This document shows positions 32,140 to 41,803 of a stretch of DNA of 64,000 nt, in pieces (position 1 is the first letter of the stretch; every line of letters begins with the position of its first letter). Made by a program: the position numbers and the translations under genes. Origin of the DNA: Polyangiales bacterium (GTDB lineage Bacteria > Myxococcota_A > Polyangia > Polyangiales > Ga0077539); assembly GCA_044229975.1 (NCBI GenBank), contig JBGARZ010000012.1, positions 64,001 to 128,000 on the forward strand, given 5' to 3'. Under the pieces are notes generated by a model. It did no database searches. It was not told the origin of the DNA and was given only the letters and a program-made list of their open reading frames with translations.

Positions 32140-33438
32140 ATGACCCACCGCGCCGATCTCGTCGCCCTCGACAAGCGCCACGTCTGGCACCCGTACACCC
32201 CGATGGACCGCTACCTCGCGGAGACCGACCCCCTCGTCGTGGTCTCTGCCGAGGGCGCCTGGCTCACCGACGCCGACGGCCGCCGCTACCTCGACGCCAA
32301 CGCCTCGTGGTGGGTCGCCTCGCTCGGTCACCGCCACCCCGCGCTCGTCGCCGCGCTCCGCACGCAGCTCGACTCGCTCGCCCACTGCGCCCTCGCGGGC
32401 ATCACCCACGAGCCCGCCGCGCGCCTCGCCGCCGAGCTCACGGCCATCGCCCCGCCGGGCCTCTCGCGCGTCTTCTACTCCGACAACGGCAGCACCGCCG
32501 TCGAGGTCGCCATCAAGCTCTGCGGCCAGTACTGGGCGCAAAACGGCCGCCCCGCGCGCACCCGCTTCATCGCGCTCGACGGCGCGTTTCACGGCGAGAC
32601 CCTCGGCGCCACCAGCCTCGGCGGCGTCTCCACCTTCACCCGCGTCTACGCCCCGTGGACCTTCGAGGTCCTCCGCCTCCCCCTCGCCGACGACCACACC
32701 ACCTGGGCGCAGTGCCTCGACACCATCGCGCGCCTCCTCCGAACGCACGCCGACGAGATCGCGGGCGTGGTCGTCGAGCCCATGGTGCAGGGCGCCGCCG
32801 GCATGCGGATGCACCCACCCGAATTCCTCCGCGCGCTGCGTGAGCTCACCCGCGAGGCCGACACCTTCCTCGTGGCCGACGAGGTGTTCACCGGCCTCTG
32901 GCGCACCGGTCGTCGCTGGGCCTGCGACTACGCCGACGTCGCGCCCGACGTGCTGTGCCTCGCCAAGTCGCTCTCTGGCGCGATGCTCCCCTTCGCCGCC
33001 ACGCTCACCACCGAGCGCCTCTTCGACGGCTTCCGCGGCGACGACTCGCGCGCCTTCTTCTACGGCCACACCTACTGCGGCAACCCCCTCGGCGCCGCCG
33101 TCGCCCGCGCCGCGCTCGCGGTCTACCGCGACGAGGACATACCCGTTCAGGTAAGCCGCAGCGCCCCACGCATCGCCGAGACCTTCGCGCGCCTGGGCTC
33201 GCTCCCCGGCGTCGTCCGAACGCGCTCCCTCGGCATGATCGGCGCGCTCGATCTTGGTGGCGACGGGTACCTGGCGCGCACCGGGTGGAGGGTGTTCGAG
33301 GAGGCGCGGGCGCGCGGCATCTACCTGCGCCCGATGGGCGACACGGTGTACGTGACGCCGCCGCTCAACATCCCCGACGGGGATCTCACGACGTTGTTGG
33401 AGGGAGTGGAGGAGAGCGTGCGGGCGGCGCTGACGTAG
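32140..33438 (+). CDS. bioA: Adenosylmethionine-8-amino-7-oxononanoate aminotransferase
   Basis: VWHPYT, SWWV, DNGSTAVEVAIK, FHGET, EPMVQGAAGM, DEVFTG, LAKSLSG, GHTYCGNP, LRPMG. Confidence 0.93.
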   Translation: MTHRADLVALDKRHVWHPYTPMDRYLAETDPLVVVSAEGAWLTDADGRRYLDANASWWVASLGHRHPALVAALRTQLDSLAHCALAGITHEPAARLAAELTAIAPPGLSRVFYSDNGSTAVEVAIKLCGQYWAQNGRPARTRFIALDGAFHGETLGATSLGGVSTFTRVYAPWTFEVLRLPLADDHTTWAQCLDTIARLLRTHADEIAGVVVEPMVQGAAGMRMHPPEFLRALRELTREADTFLVADEVFTGLWRTGRRWACDYADVAPDVLCLAKSLSGAMLPFAATLTTERLFDGFRGDDSRAFFYGHTYCGNPLGAAVARAALAVYRDEDIPVQVSRSAPRIAETFARLGSLPGVVRTRSLGMIGALDLGGDGYLARTGWRVFEEARARGIYLRPMGDTVYVTPPLNIPDGDLTTLLEGVEESVRAALT

Positions 33439-33440
33439 CG

Positions 33441-33470
33441 CTCACCCGCCGAGGGGAGGCGGGGGTTGAG
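33441..33470. terminator. Possible bidirectional terminator hairpin between convergent bioA and rpmG
   Basis: CTCACCCGCC...GGCGGGGGTTGAG imperfect stem; no U tract. Confidence 0.35.
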
Positions 33471-33474
33471 ACGA

Positions 33475-33648
33475 TCAGCCCTGCTTCTTCGGGTTGGGCA
33501 TCTTCATCTCGGTGAAGAGCACGTGCTTGCGCACGACCGGGTCGTACTTCTTGAACTCCAGCTTGCTGGTGGTCGTGCGCTTGTTCTTGTTGGTGTAGTA
33601 GGTGAAGCCCGTTCCAGCAGACGACACCAGACGAATCATGTCACGCAT
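33475..33648 (-). CDS. rpmG: 50S ribosomal protein L33 (Cys-free form, 57 aa)
   Basis: Manual translation [57 protein letters not shown]; below the ORF-track length cutoff. Confidence 0.95.
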   Translation of the reverse strand: MRDMIRLVSSAGTGFTYYTNKNKRTTTSKLEFKKYDPVVRKHVLFTEMKMPNPKKQG

Positions 33649-33748
33649 CGGAGTCCTCGAAGTTCAACGAAGCGCCGGCACTGGCTGGCGCTGAGGGGCC
33701 GCGAACCTACACGAGCCCGACGGGATTGCAACTCCCGCGACACCCACC

Positions 33749-34891
33749 ATGAGCGCCTCCCCCAAGACCTCTCGCGCGCTCGCCGTCCTCGCCTTCGTCG
33801 CCGTCCTCGCGCTCGTCCTCCGGCTCACCCGCTCCTCGACTCCCACGACCACGCCCGCGGTCGACGTCCTTACCCGGAGGGACGCGCCCGCTACGCCCGC
33901 GGTCGACGTCCTTACCCGGAGGGACGCGCCCGCTACGCCCTCAGTCATCGTTCCCATCCCGCGCCCTTCTCCTCCGCGCGACGCTTCCGTCGCCGCGCCC
34001 GTCGCCGCGAGCGCCCCCCGCGAGATCCTCCGCGGCCCATGGGGCAGCGGCCCTGGCCAGTTTGGTCACCGCCCCGCCAACGAGAGCAGCCTCGAAGCCC
34101 CGATGTCCTTCTCGATCACGCCCGACGGCGAGGTCACCGTGCTCGACCAGGTCAACCGCCGCGTCCAGCGCTTCCGCGACGGTCGCTTCGTCGGCAGCAC
34201 CGCGCTCCCCAACGAGGCCGCGCAGGACATCGCCGCCACCCGCGACGGCCGCACCGTCGTGCTCGACCGCCTCGGTGATCCCTCCGTCACGCTCTACGAC
34301 AGCGCCGGTCGCGCCACGCGCACCGTCCCCCTCGTCGGCGGCGCCATCACCGAGGGCGGCGCCGTCACGGGCCTCTTCGCCGACGCCGAGGGTGTCTACG
34401 TCGAGCGTGAGCACCGCGAGCTCGTCCGCCTCACCGACGCGCGCGGCGAGCCCGACCCCGCGCGCACCACCCTGTGGGGTCGTCCTACCCGCGACGGCCT
34501 CTCGCTCCTGCGCGCCAGCATCGCCGACCGCGCCCGCGGCGCCGTCACCGTGAGCGCCGCCTCCCGCGCCAACGGCGCCATGGACTGGTCGTCCACCGTC
34601 GCGCTCGACGGTGCTGTGCTGCACCTCCTCCTCCTCGATGGCGACCGCCGCGGCCGCGTCTACCTGGGCGCGGTCGTCGGCGTCGCAAACGCCGGCTCCA
34701 TCACCGACCCTCACGTCACCGTCGTCCGCCTCGACCGCGCCGGAACGCCCGAAGCCACGCTGCGCCTCCCTGCTCCCCCGGAGGCCGACGAGCTCTTCCG
34801 ACCGCTCGCCATCAACGACGACGGTCACGTCTTCGCGATGGTCCCCGGCCCCGACGGCCTGTCGCTGGTGGAATACACCTTCGCCGACTGA
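33749..34891 (+). CDS. Membrane-anchored beta-propeller (NHL-like) protein
   Basis: N-terminal TM, PWGSGPGQFG, VLDQVNRRVQRF. Confidence 0.7.
   Translation: MSASPKTSRALAVLAFVAVLALVLRLTRSSTPTTTPAVDVLTRRDAPATPAVDVLTRRDAPATPSVIVPIPRPSPPRDASVAAPVAASAPREILRGPWGSGPGQFGHRPANESSLEAPMSFSITPDGEVTVLDQVNRRVQRFRDGRFVGSTALPNEAAQDIAATRDGRTVVLDRLGDPSVTLYDSAGRATRTVPLVGGAITEGGAVTGLFADAEGVYVEREHRELVRLTDARGEPDPARTTLWGRPTRDGLSLLRASIADRARGAVTVSAASRANGAMDWSSTVALDGAVLHLLLLDGDRRGRVYLGAVVGVANAGSITDPHVTVVRLDRAGTPEATLRLPAPPEADELFRPLAINDDGHVFAMVPGPDGLSLVEYTFAD
33851..33940 (+). repeat. Perfect in-frame 42-bp tandem duplication (TPAVDVLTRRDAPA x2)
   Basis: ACGCCCGCGGTCGACGTCCTTACCCGGAGGGACGCGCCCGCT twice plus a partial third copy. 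Confidence 0.9.
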
Positions 34892-34924
34892 CCGTTGTCG
34901 GCGCCCCTGGGCTATCGTCGCGCG

Positions 34925-35968
34925 ATGCGCTCGCCGCCCGTCTCGTGGAGCCTCGCCTTCGTGGTCGCCGCCGTCGCCGCCTGCGGAACCGAAGAGCCCA
35001 CCATCGACACCTTCGTCGACGACGTCCCTCGCGCGACCGACCGACCGCGCACCGCGACCGACGTCCCCCGCGCGACCACCGACGCGGGCACTCTGCGCGC
35101 TGATGTTCCTGCCACCGATGTCCCGCCCTTGGTGGCGATGGATGCCGGGCTTCCCGACGACGACCTCACGCCCGACCTCACGCCCGACGGTGGCGCGCCG
35201 AGCGTCGACGTCGAGCCCGCGATGCCCACCATGGGCGCGACGATGCGGGTGACGGCCACGTCGCTCAACCTCCGCAGCGGCGTCGGAACCTCCAACGCCA
35301 TCCTCACCTCCATGTCCTGCGGCACCACCGTGACGGTGCTCGGCGGCCCCACGACCGGTTGGTACAACGTCCGCGCGGGCGCCTTCACCGGCTGGGCTTC
35401 GGGCGCCTACCTCGTCGCCTCCGCGGCCTTCGACCCTACCGTCTGCGGCGACGCCCCGACGCCCACCATGGACGCCGGAACCACCGCTCCGACAACGCCC
35501 CCCGAGGTGTCGCAGATCTTCACGCTGGCGCGCTCGGCGGTGGGCTACTCGTACTACTGGGGCCACGGCTCGTGGCGCACCGACGGCAGCGACCACGGGT
35601 CGTGCTCGGGGAGCTGCCCGAGCTGCTCCCATACGGGTCGGTACGGGGCGGACTGCTCGGGCTTCGTGGCGAAGGTCTGGCAGATCCCGTCGGCGTCGGC
35701 GGTGACCACCGACCTGCACCCGTACTCCACGTACAACTTCGTCAACAGCACCACGCGCTGGTCGCGGGTCTCGCGCGACGCGATCCGACCCGGCGACGCG
35801 CTCACGTACAACACCAACGGCGCGGGTCACATCGTGCTGTTCGAGTCGGGCTCCGACCCGTGGGGCAGCGTGTGGACCTACGAGGCCCGCGGCTGCGCCA
35901 CCGGCATCGTGCACAACCTCCGCACGGCGGGCTCGGCGTACGTCACCATCCGCCGCGAAGGTCTCTGA
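34925..35968 (+). CDS. Lipoprotein with SH3b + NlpC/P60 domains (peptidoglycan hydrolase)
   Basis: VAAC lipobox, LNLRSG...GWASGAYL SH3b, YYWG...ADCSGFV...GHIVL catalytic Cys/His. Confidence 0.85.
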   Translation: MRSPPVSWSLAFVVAAVAACGTEEPTIDTFVDDVPRATDRPRTATDVPRATTDAGTLRADVPATDVPPLVAMDAGLPDDDLTPDLTPDGGAPSVDVEPAMPTMGATMRVTATSLNLRSGVGTSNAILTSMSCGTTVTVLGGPTTGWYNVRAGAFTGWASGAYLVASAAFDPTVCGDAPTPTMDAGTTAPTTPPEVSQIFTLARSAVGYSYYWGHGSWRTDGSDHGSCSGSCPSCSHTGRYGADCSGFVAKVWQIPSASAVTTDLHPYSTYNFVNSTTRWSRVSRDAIRPGDALTYNTNGAGHIVLFESGSDPWGSVWTYEARGCATGIVHNLRTAGSAYVTIRREGL

Positions 35969-36004
35969 CCGCTCCGCGTCTCTTCCCATCGCAGGAACTT
36001 CCTT

Positions 36005-37120
36005 ATGACCCCCAACGCTCGCCATCTCGCCCTCCTCGTCCTGCTACCGCTCTCCCTCGGCTGTGGCGCCCGCGCCATCAGCGGCGGCAACGTCCCCGTC
36101 GACACCGACGCGGGCGTCATCGACGTAGTGCGCGGCGGCGGCTCCGACGCGGCCGTCTTCCCCGTCGACACGCTCGTCGCCCCCACCGACCGCGGCGTCG
36201 TCACCTTCGACATCATCCCGCTCCCCCGCGACGTGGTCACCGATCGTGGCATCGGTCGCACCGAGGCCGCCGTGGCGGGGCGCACCTCCGTCGTCGCGGG
36301 TCGACGCTGCACCGACGACTCGATGTGCGCGAGTGATACCGCCGACCTCTCGTGCCTCCCGCTGCCCGGCGGCAGCATCTGCTCCGGCCCCGAGCTGTGC
36401 GAGCAGGGAACCACTGCCAACGAAGAAGCCCAGTGCGGCGGTCGCTTCTCGACCTGCCTCGTCGTCGGCAATTTCGCGGGCGGCGGTCAGGCGAGCTTCT
36501 GCACTCGCGCGTGCGTTCCGACGGCCACCACCGAAGCGACCGGCGCATGCGCCACGGGCACCATCTGCACCACCAACTGGCTCCAGCTCACGGCGGGTCA
36601 GACCGAAAGCCCCGGGTGTCTGCCGCACTGCACGCGCGACGCCGACTGCGTCGGTGTCGAAGGCGAGGAAGGCCCGCTCGACCGCTGCAACGTCCGCACG
36701 GGCCGCTGCGGAACCGCTCCCGCCGACCTCACGCGACTCGCCGACGGCCTGCCGTGCGACCCGCAGGAGGCGCAGCGCACCATGGTGAGCCCGTGCCGCG
36801 GCGTGTGCTTCGCGCTGAGCGCGACGGCGCTGACGCAAGGACTCTGCGGGTCGTTCGTCGACCTGCGCACCGCGACGGGCTGCGCGGACGACCCCAGCAT
36901 CGAGCCGCGCGCCCCGACGGGCGATCACCTCGGCATCTGCATCTTCCGCCAGTGCGAAAACAACGCGCAGTGCCCGACGGGGCTGCTGTGCGCGTTCCGC
37001 GAAGACGCCTCGGGCATCCGCACCGACGTCCCGGCGACCTGCGCCTACGCGACGGCCCTGCAACCGATGGGCATCCCCGCGCCGGGCGCCGACGGCGGCG
37101 TGCCGCCGACTGACTCGTAG
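36005..37120 (+). CDS. Cys-rich secreted lipoprotein
   Basis: SLGC lipobox, many CxxDxxC-type repeats. Confidence 0.75.
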   Translation: MTPNARHLALLVLLPLSLGCGARAISGGNVPVDTDAGVIDVVRGGGSDAAVFPVDTLVAPTDRGVVTFDIIPLPRDVVTDRGIGRTEAAVAGRTSVVAGRRCTDDSMCASDTADLSCLPLPGGSICSGPELCEQGTTANEEAQCGGRFSTCLVVGNFAGGGQASFCTRACVPTATTEATGACATGTICTTNWLQLTAGQTESPGCLPHCTRDADCVGVEGEEGPLDRCNVRTGRCGTAPADLTRLADGLPCDPQEAQRTMVSPCRGVCFALSATALTQGLCGSFVDLRTATGCADDPSIEPRAPTGDHLGICIFRQCENNAQCPTGLLCAFREDASGIRTDVPATCAYATALQPMGIPAPGADGGVPPTDS

Positions 37121-37296
37121 TCGATCGCCCTTCTTCACGACGTCATCGGGCCTGATCGTGCACCGCAGCAACAGGCCCCCGGCGAGGAGCTCAACGTCCT
37201 CAACGGCACGGGCCCGAGCTTCTTCGGGTACCCGCTGTGTTGTAGCGAGGGCGCCGCGTCGGTCACAGCCACGCCGCGCCCGCCGTTGGACGGGCG

Positions 37297-38343
37297 GTGC
37301 GCACCTCGCTTCGTACGGTCGTCGTCCTGTCGTTGCTGTCGCTCGTCCCGCGCGTCGCTCGTGCGTGCGACGCGGCCGACCACGAACGGGCCCTCCGCGC
37401 CGAGCACGCCCACCGGCCCGGCCGAGGCGAGCCAGTGGTACGACGCGCTCGCGCGGGGGTTTCCAGCGCGGTCGCAGTGGCGGGTGCAGTCGCGGGCGCT
37501 GGTGGGGCTCGGCCGCGCGTACGAGGCGCTGGGCGACCTCAGGAGCGCGGCGCGGAGCTGGGAGGCGGCCGACGCACGATGGCCGGTCGCGTTCGAGGCG
37601 CTGGGGATGGTGGACCCTCGCGCGGAGCGGCGACGCGAGGCCGAGCGCGCGCGGGCGGAGGAGCGCGAGGCGCGCCGACGATGGCGGCATAGCCACCGGG
37701 GCATGGTCTCGCCCTTCGGCGAGATGACCGAGTCAGGCGTCGACCACACCAACGCCAACGGGAACATCGCGGACGACGACGGGCACCTCCGGTTGGCGGC
37801 CTTCGCAGAGGCACAGTTCCGACTGGCACGGCGGGCCTCCGACGCGTGGCTGCGACGCAACGATCTGGCGCCCGCCCCGACCACAGTCGTCGAGTACGAC
37901 CGCTGGGTGGAAGCGAGTCTCACGCCGTGGCTCCGGCGCCGAACGGCCTGCGTGGACGACCTCGCGGTCCGCCTGGCGGACGTGGCCAACCTGCACGTCC
38001 CGCATTGGGAAGTCGCCGCGGTCGCGATGCTCGCGCACCTCTACTTCGGCGTCGCGCAAGGCATCCGCGCGACGCCACATCGGCCCGGCTGGAGTCAGGA
38101 CTTCGAAGATGCCTACCGCGAACGCAACGTGATGTGAGCTTGGGGATAGAGTCGGCGCCGATGCAGAAGGCCGACCGCTACCGCGAGGCTGCGACACCGG
38201 ACGACCGCTGGCGGCTCGTGTGGTCGCGCGGCGTACGAGCAGCTCTGCAAGACCGAGACGGCGAGGGTGCAGTTCGGCCGCTTCGAGCGGGCCGTCTATC
38301 GGATCCGGGCGAAGTGACGCGGTCCGGCCGCCCGCCGCTCTAG
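37297..38343 (+). pseudogene. Secreted TPR-like protein apparently split by two frameshifts (about 37420 and about 38130)
   Basis: Signal peptide in the 37297 frame, TPR-like body in the 37286 frame, plausible C-terminus in the 37846 frame. Confidence 0.45.
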
Positions 38344-38506
38344 TAGCGAACGTGCTCAATGCCCTCCTCGATGAGGTGCATCTCGGTGCCGTTCCACGAC
38401 CAGAGGTTCTCGACCTGCAACCCGCAGCGCGGTGCCCACAGCGTGCCGTTGACGTGATTCAGGTACGCGGCCGTCGGCCGAACCATCGCCTGCTGACCCC
38501 GCGCGA

Positions 38507-38986
38507 TCACTGCACGACGACGCTGACCTCGCCCTGCCGCTGCGGCGACACCACCGAGCCGTCGTTGTAGCGAAGCTCCAGCCTGATGCGGTGCGGTCCC
38601 GGCGTGAGGAGCGCTGCGGCGTTGCCCAGGGTTCCGTCGGGCACGCGGAAGGGGTTCACGTCGTCGGGGCGCGCCGTGGCCTCCGCGACGGGACCGTTCG
38701 CATCGACGAACGCGACGACCCTCCCGACGCCTGCCACGCGCGTGCTGCCCTCACCGAGCTGGAACGACACCGGCGTCGGGCCGGTCGAGTCCATCCCGCT
38801 CACGGAGAAGCGCACGTCGACGGATTGCCCTGCGGACAACGTCTGGTTCGACGCGGGCGAGAGGATCAGGACGCTGGGCGCGGGGACATCCGGGACATCC
38901 GGGACGGCGGGGGTCGGCGACCCGCTACACTGGACGACCAGCACAGCGATTCCGAAGAGACCCGATCGGTGGAGAGCTGGCGACAT
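38507..38986 (-). CDS. Hypothetical lipoprotein with Ig-like domain
   Basis: VVQC lipobox-like signal, VLILSP...GPHRIRLEL; GAGG RBS. Confidence 0.65.
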   Translation of the reverse strand: MSPALHRSGLFGIAVLVVQCSGSPTPAVPDVPDVPAPSVLILSPASNQTLSAGQSVDVRFSVSGMDSTGPTPVSFQLGEGSTRVAGVGRVVAFVDANGPVAEATARPDDVNPFRVPDGTLGNAAALLTPGPHRIRLELRYNDGSVVSPQRQGEVSVVVQ

Positions 38987-39253
38987 GGAACAACCTCGCG
39001 AGAGCAGCGACCGTACATCCGGCCGCACGGACGGCGCGCGAATTCATTAGCGCGCGTTTGCGGCGTGGAGAGGAGATGCCCGCCGACCTGTCCCCGATGG
39101 CGGGAGAGTGGAAGGCGCGGGCCGACGACCTCGCGGCCTGCGACCTCACCGAAGCCGACCTCGTGCCGTGAGATCGAACTACTCGCAGTGCCTGATGGGG
39201 CTGCTGTGTACGTTCCCCGAGGACGGCGGCGTGCTACCGGATCGACCGGAGGG

Positions 39254-39460
39254 TCAGCCGCGCTCTGCGATCACAGCGTCGGCGTGGAACTTCTTCAGCA
39301 GCGCGTTGCGGTCCCGGCTGGCGACGAGCCGATCGAGTTCGTCCCGCCCAAGCAGCACGACGAGGCTGTCGCCCGAGCGTCGCGTCCACGCCTCGACCTT
39401 CACGGTGTCGAGCAACGAGAACTGAAGGTGCGACAGAAATGGCGAGCTGACGCTCACCAT
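39254..39460 (-). CDS. Small hypothetical protein (68 aa)
   Basis: ATG start, protein-like composition, fills an intergenic gap. Confidence 0.4.
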   Translation of the reverse strand: MVSVSSPFLSHLQFSLLDTVKVEAWTRRSGDSLVVLLGRDELDRLVASRDRNALLKKFHADAVIAERG

Positions 39461-39596
39461 GGGTGGACCAGCTTCTGGGGGCAGGGCCCATCGGGCACCT
39501 TCGTCGGCACGGATCAGCCCGAGTGGACTGATCGCCCGCTACCCACGGCTCCAAGGCAGTGTCGGGAGATTGTGCGACGTTGCCCTGCCAAGTTGC

Positions 39597-41591
39597 CTAT
39601 CGAACCGGCCCCGTGATCCCGTAGAACATCGAACCACCAAGCTGTCCTCTATCGTCACTTCCTACACAATAGGCACTACCGTCGGCCCGGAGCACGCAGA
39701 GATGCTCGAGGCCGCCGACGAGGCCGACGGCGTCGTGGACGGCGAGGGAGGTGGGCGGGCCATCACCGAAGCACGCGACGCCTCCACTGCGCCGCCGAAC
39801 ACAGGCGAACCGACCTCCCCTCAACGAAGCGACCGCGATGTCGACGGCGTCCTCGAAGACCGCGACGTCCCGCGCGACAAGTGGCGCTCCGACGCTGCCG
39901 TCTTCAGCCCAGTCCCAGCAGGCCACATGTCCCGTAGCCTGCAAAGCGCACCCGAGGTTGCGTCTTCCTGTAGTCCTGATGCCGACGTCGATGTCGATCG
40001 CGTCGGCGACGTTCGAAACCCGTCGCTGCCACCGGGAGTACCTCGACCAGCAAGAGACGGTGCCCGTCGCGCGCCGCACGCACGAACCGGCGATCTGGAC
40101 GGCATCCGTGAAATTCGGAAGGTCCTGCTCGGGGCGGAGGACCGACTCACCGTCCCAACATCGCACGGCCCCGCCGCGTCGCCTCGCGCAGATCCAGGTC
40201 GATGAATCCCAATAGGTGGTGGCCAATTCGACCGCGTCGGACAGGCCCACGACCGGCGTTCCATCACAGATCGCACCTCCCGGCGAACGGATGACGCAGG
40301 GCGTGTTGTCGTGCCGCCAGGCGATCGAGGTCGCGTCCCGTGCCACGGACACCACGCGCGCGGTGCGACCCCTCGGATCGTGGTTGCGGGACTCATCGAA
40401 GGACTCCAATGCCTGCCCGACGCAGATCATCTCGCCCGTAGGCCGCCGACCGCAGGTGACCCGCGCCCCGAGAAACAGCGCCTCCATGGGCACATTGAAT
40501 GGAACCCTGAGCTCTGCGGGAAGGTCGACACCGAGACCATACTGATACCCCCAACACACGACCCGGCCCATGTCGATAATCGCGCAGGTCGACGACGGGA
40601 CACTCGCGAGTCGGGTCAACCCCGGCAGCGAGAATGGCTCCTCCGTATTGGGGTATCTGCCCGGCCCGAACAGTTCCCCCCGCCTTCGGGAGACGCAGTT
40701 GATCGGCCCATCACCCACGTGAGTGCAGACGAGGCCGTTCATTGGTGCGATCTCGATATCGTGAGGTGTGACAACCTCTGTTGGATTTCGCCCTACCTCC
40801 CAACAGACCACGTTGCCCGCCGCGCGGCGCGCGCAAAACGAACCGTCGCTCCGGTCGACGCGAAGCTCGACGGCGTCCGAGACGCCCGCGGCGCGGAATG
40901 GGTCACGTCTGAATCCAAGCTCCCAACAGAACACCTCGCCAGACAGCACACGAGCACAACCGATGGATCCACCGCGAATCTCGACGACGGCGGTGAGTCC
41001 CGAGATCTGCATGGGCGATTCGGTGGTAGGATAGGTATTCCAACACCAGACGGTTCTGTCACGTCGAAGCGCACACGCGTACGAAGGCCCTGTGGTGATC
41101 TGCAAAGCGTCATCGATAAGAGGCATGTCATGTAGACGCAACGGGGGCACGGGAGACAAGAAGTCTTCGCGATTGACGCAAGCGACCACCCCCGATGATC
41201 GACGCACGCACAGCGTTTCTCCGACACCGATCTCCACCGCGCTGCCGACGGGGAGAACCTCGATGGCCTGCGAGCTCGGCACGACCGGCATGGAGGCCGT
41301 CCGTTGAGCGTCGATGAAGGCGCCGCTCCAACACACCACGCTGCCATCCTCTCGCAGCGCACAAGTGTCATTGTAGAGGGAATCGACCTGGATCACACGA
41401 TCCAGCGTCATAGTAGGCAGGGCGAACTCTGCTGACCTCGCGGAGGGATCCTCAGCCGAGTCGATGGGAGGCGTTGGGGCGTCGCATGCGGAAGCCAGAA
41501 GACCTGCTGCGAGGGTTCGCAGACCGTGTCGCCGTAGTGCTTCGGCAACGCGCGTCCCATCACGAACGCTGCTCGCGTGATCGCTCTTCAC
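39597..41591 (-). CDS. RCC1/BLIP-II-like beta-propeller repeat lipoprotein
   Basis: Repeated TCALREDGSVVCW / CALRRDRTVWCW / CVLRADGSAYCVG..GQLG units; LASAC lipobox. Confidence 0.8.
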   Translation of the reverse strand: MKSDHASSVRDGTRVAEALRRHGLRTLAAGLLASACDAPTPPIDSAEDPSARSAEFALPTMTLDRVIQVDSLYNDTCALREDGSVVCWSGAFIDAQRTASMPVVPSSQAIEVLPVGSAVEIGVGETLCVRRSSGVVACVNREDFLSPVPPLRLHDMPLIDDALQITTGPSYACALRRDRTVWCWNTYPTTESPMQISGLTAVVEIRGGSIGCARVLSGEVFCWELGFRRDPFRAAGVSDAVELRVDRSDGSFCARRAAGNVVCWEVGRNPTEVVTPHDIEIAPMNGLVCTHVGDGPINCVSRRRGELFGPGRYPNTEEPFSLPGLTRLASVPSSTCAIIDMGRVVCWGYQYGLGVDLPAELRVPFNVPMEALFLGARVTCGRRPTGEMICVGQALESFDESRNHDPRGRTARVVSVARDATSIAWRHDNTPCVIRSPGGAICDGTPVVGLSDAVELATTYWDSSTWICARRRGGAVRCWDGESVLRPEQDLPNFTDAVQIAGSCVRRATGTVSCWSRYSRWQRRVSNVADAIDIDVGIRTTGRRNLGCALQATGHVACWDWAEDGSVGAPLVARDVAVFEDAVDIAVASLRGGRFACVRRRSGGVACFGDGPPTSLAVHDAVGLVGGLEHLCVLRADGSAYCVGSDDRGQLGGSMFYGITGPVR

Positions 41592-41803
41592 GAACGCACG
41601 GTAGCTCTCCTGTCCGACGGTGGGGAGGGCGTCACAGCAAACGCGTTGACGCCCCTCCGACGGGCCGCCGGGTGTGGTTGTGCGATCGTGCCAGGTGGAG
41701 GTGGCGGTGCTCTGAACGACCGCCGGGCCGTCGCGCAGTCGATCGCCCCCCGTCGCGCCCGTGATAGAACCCGCGTCGCCCGCTCAGGGCCACGACGGAG
41801 GCG

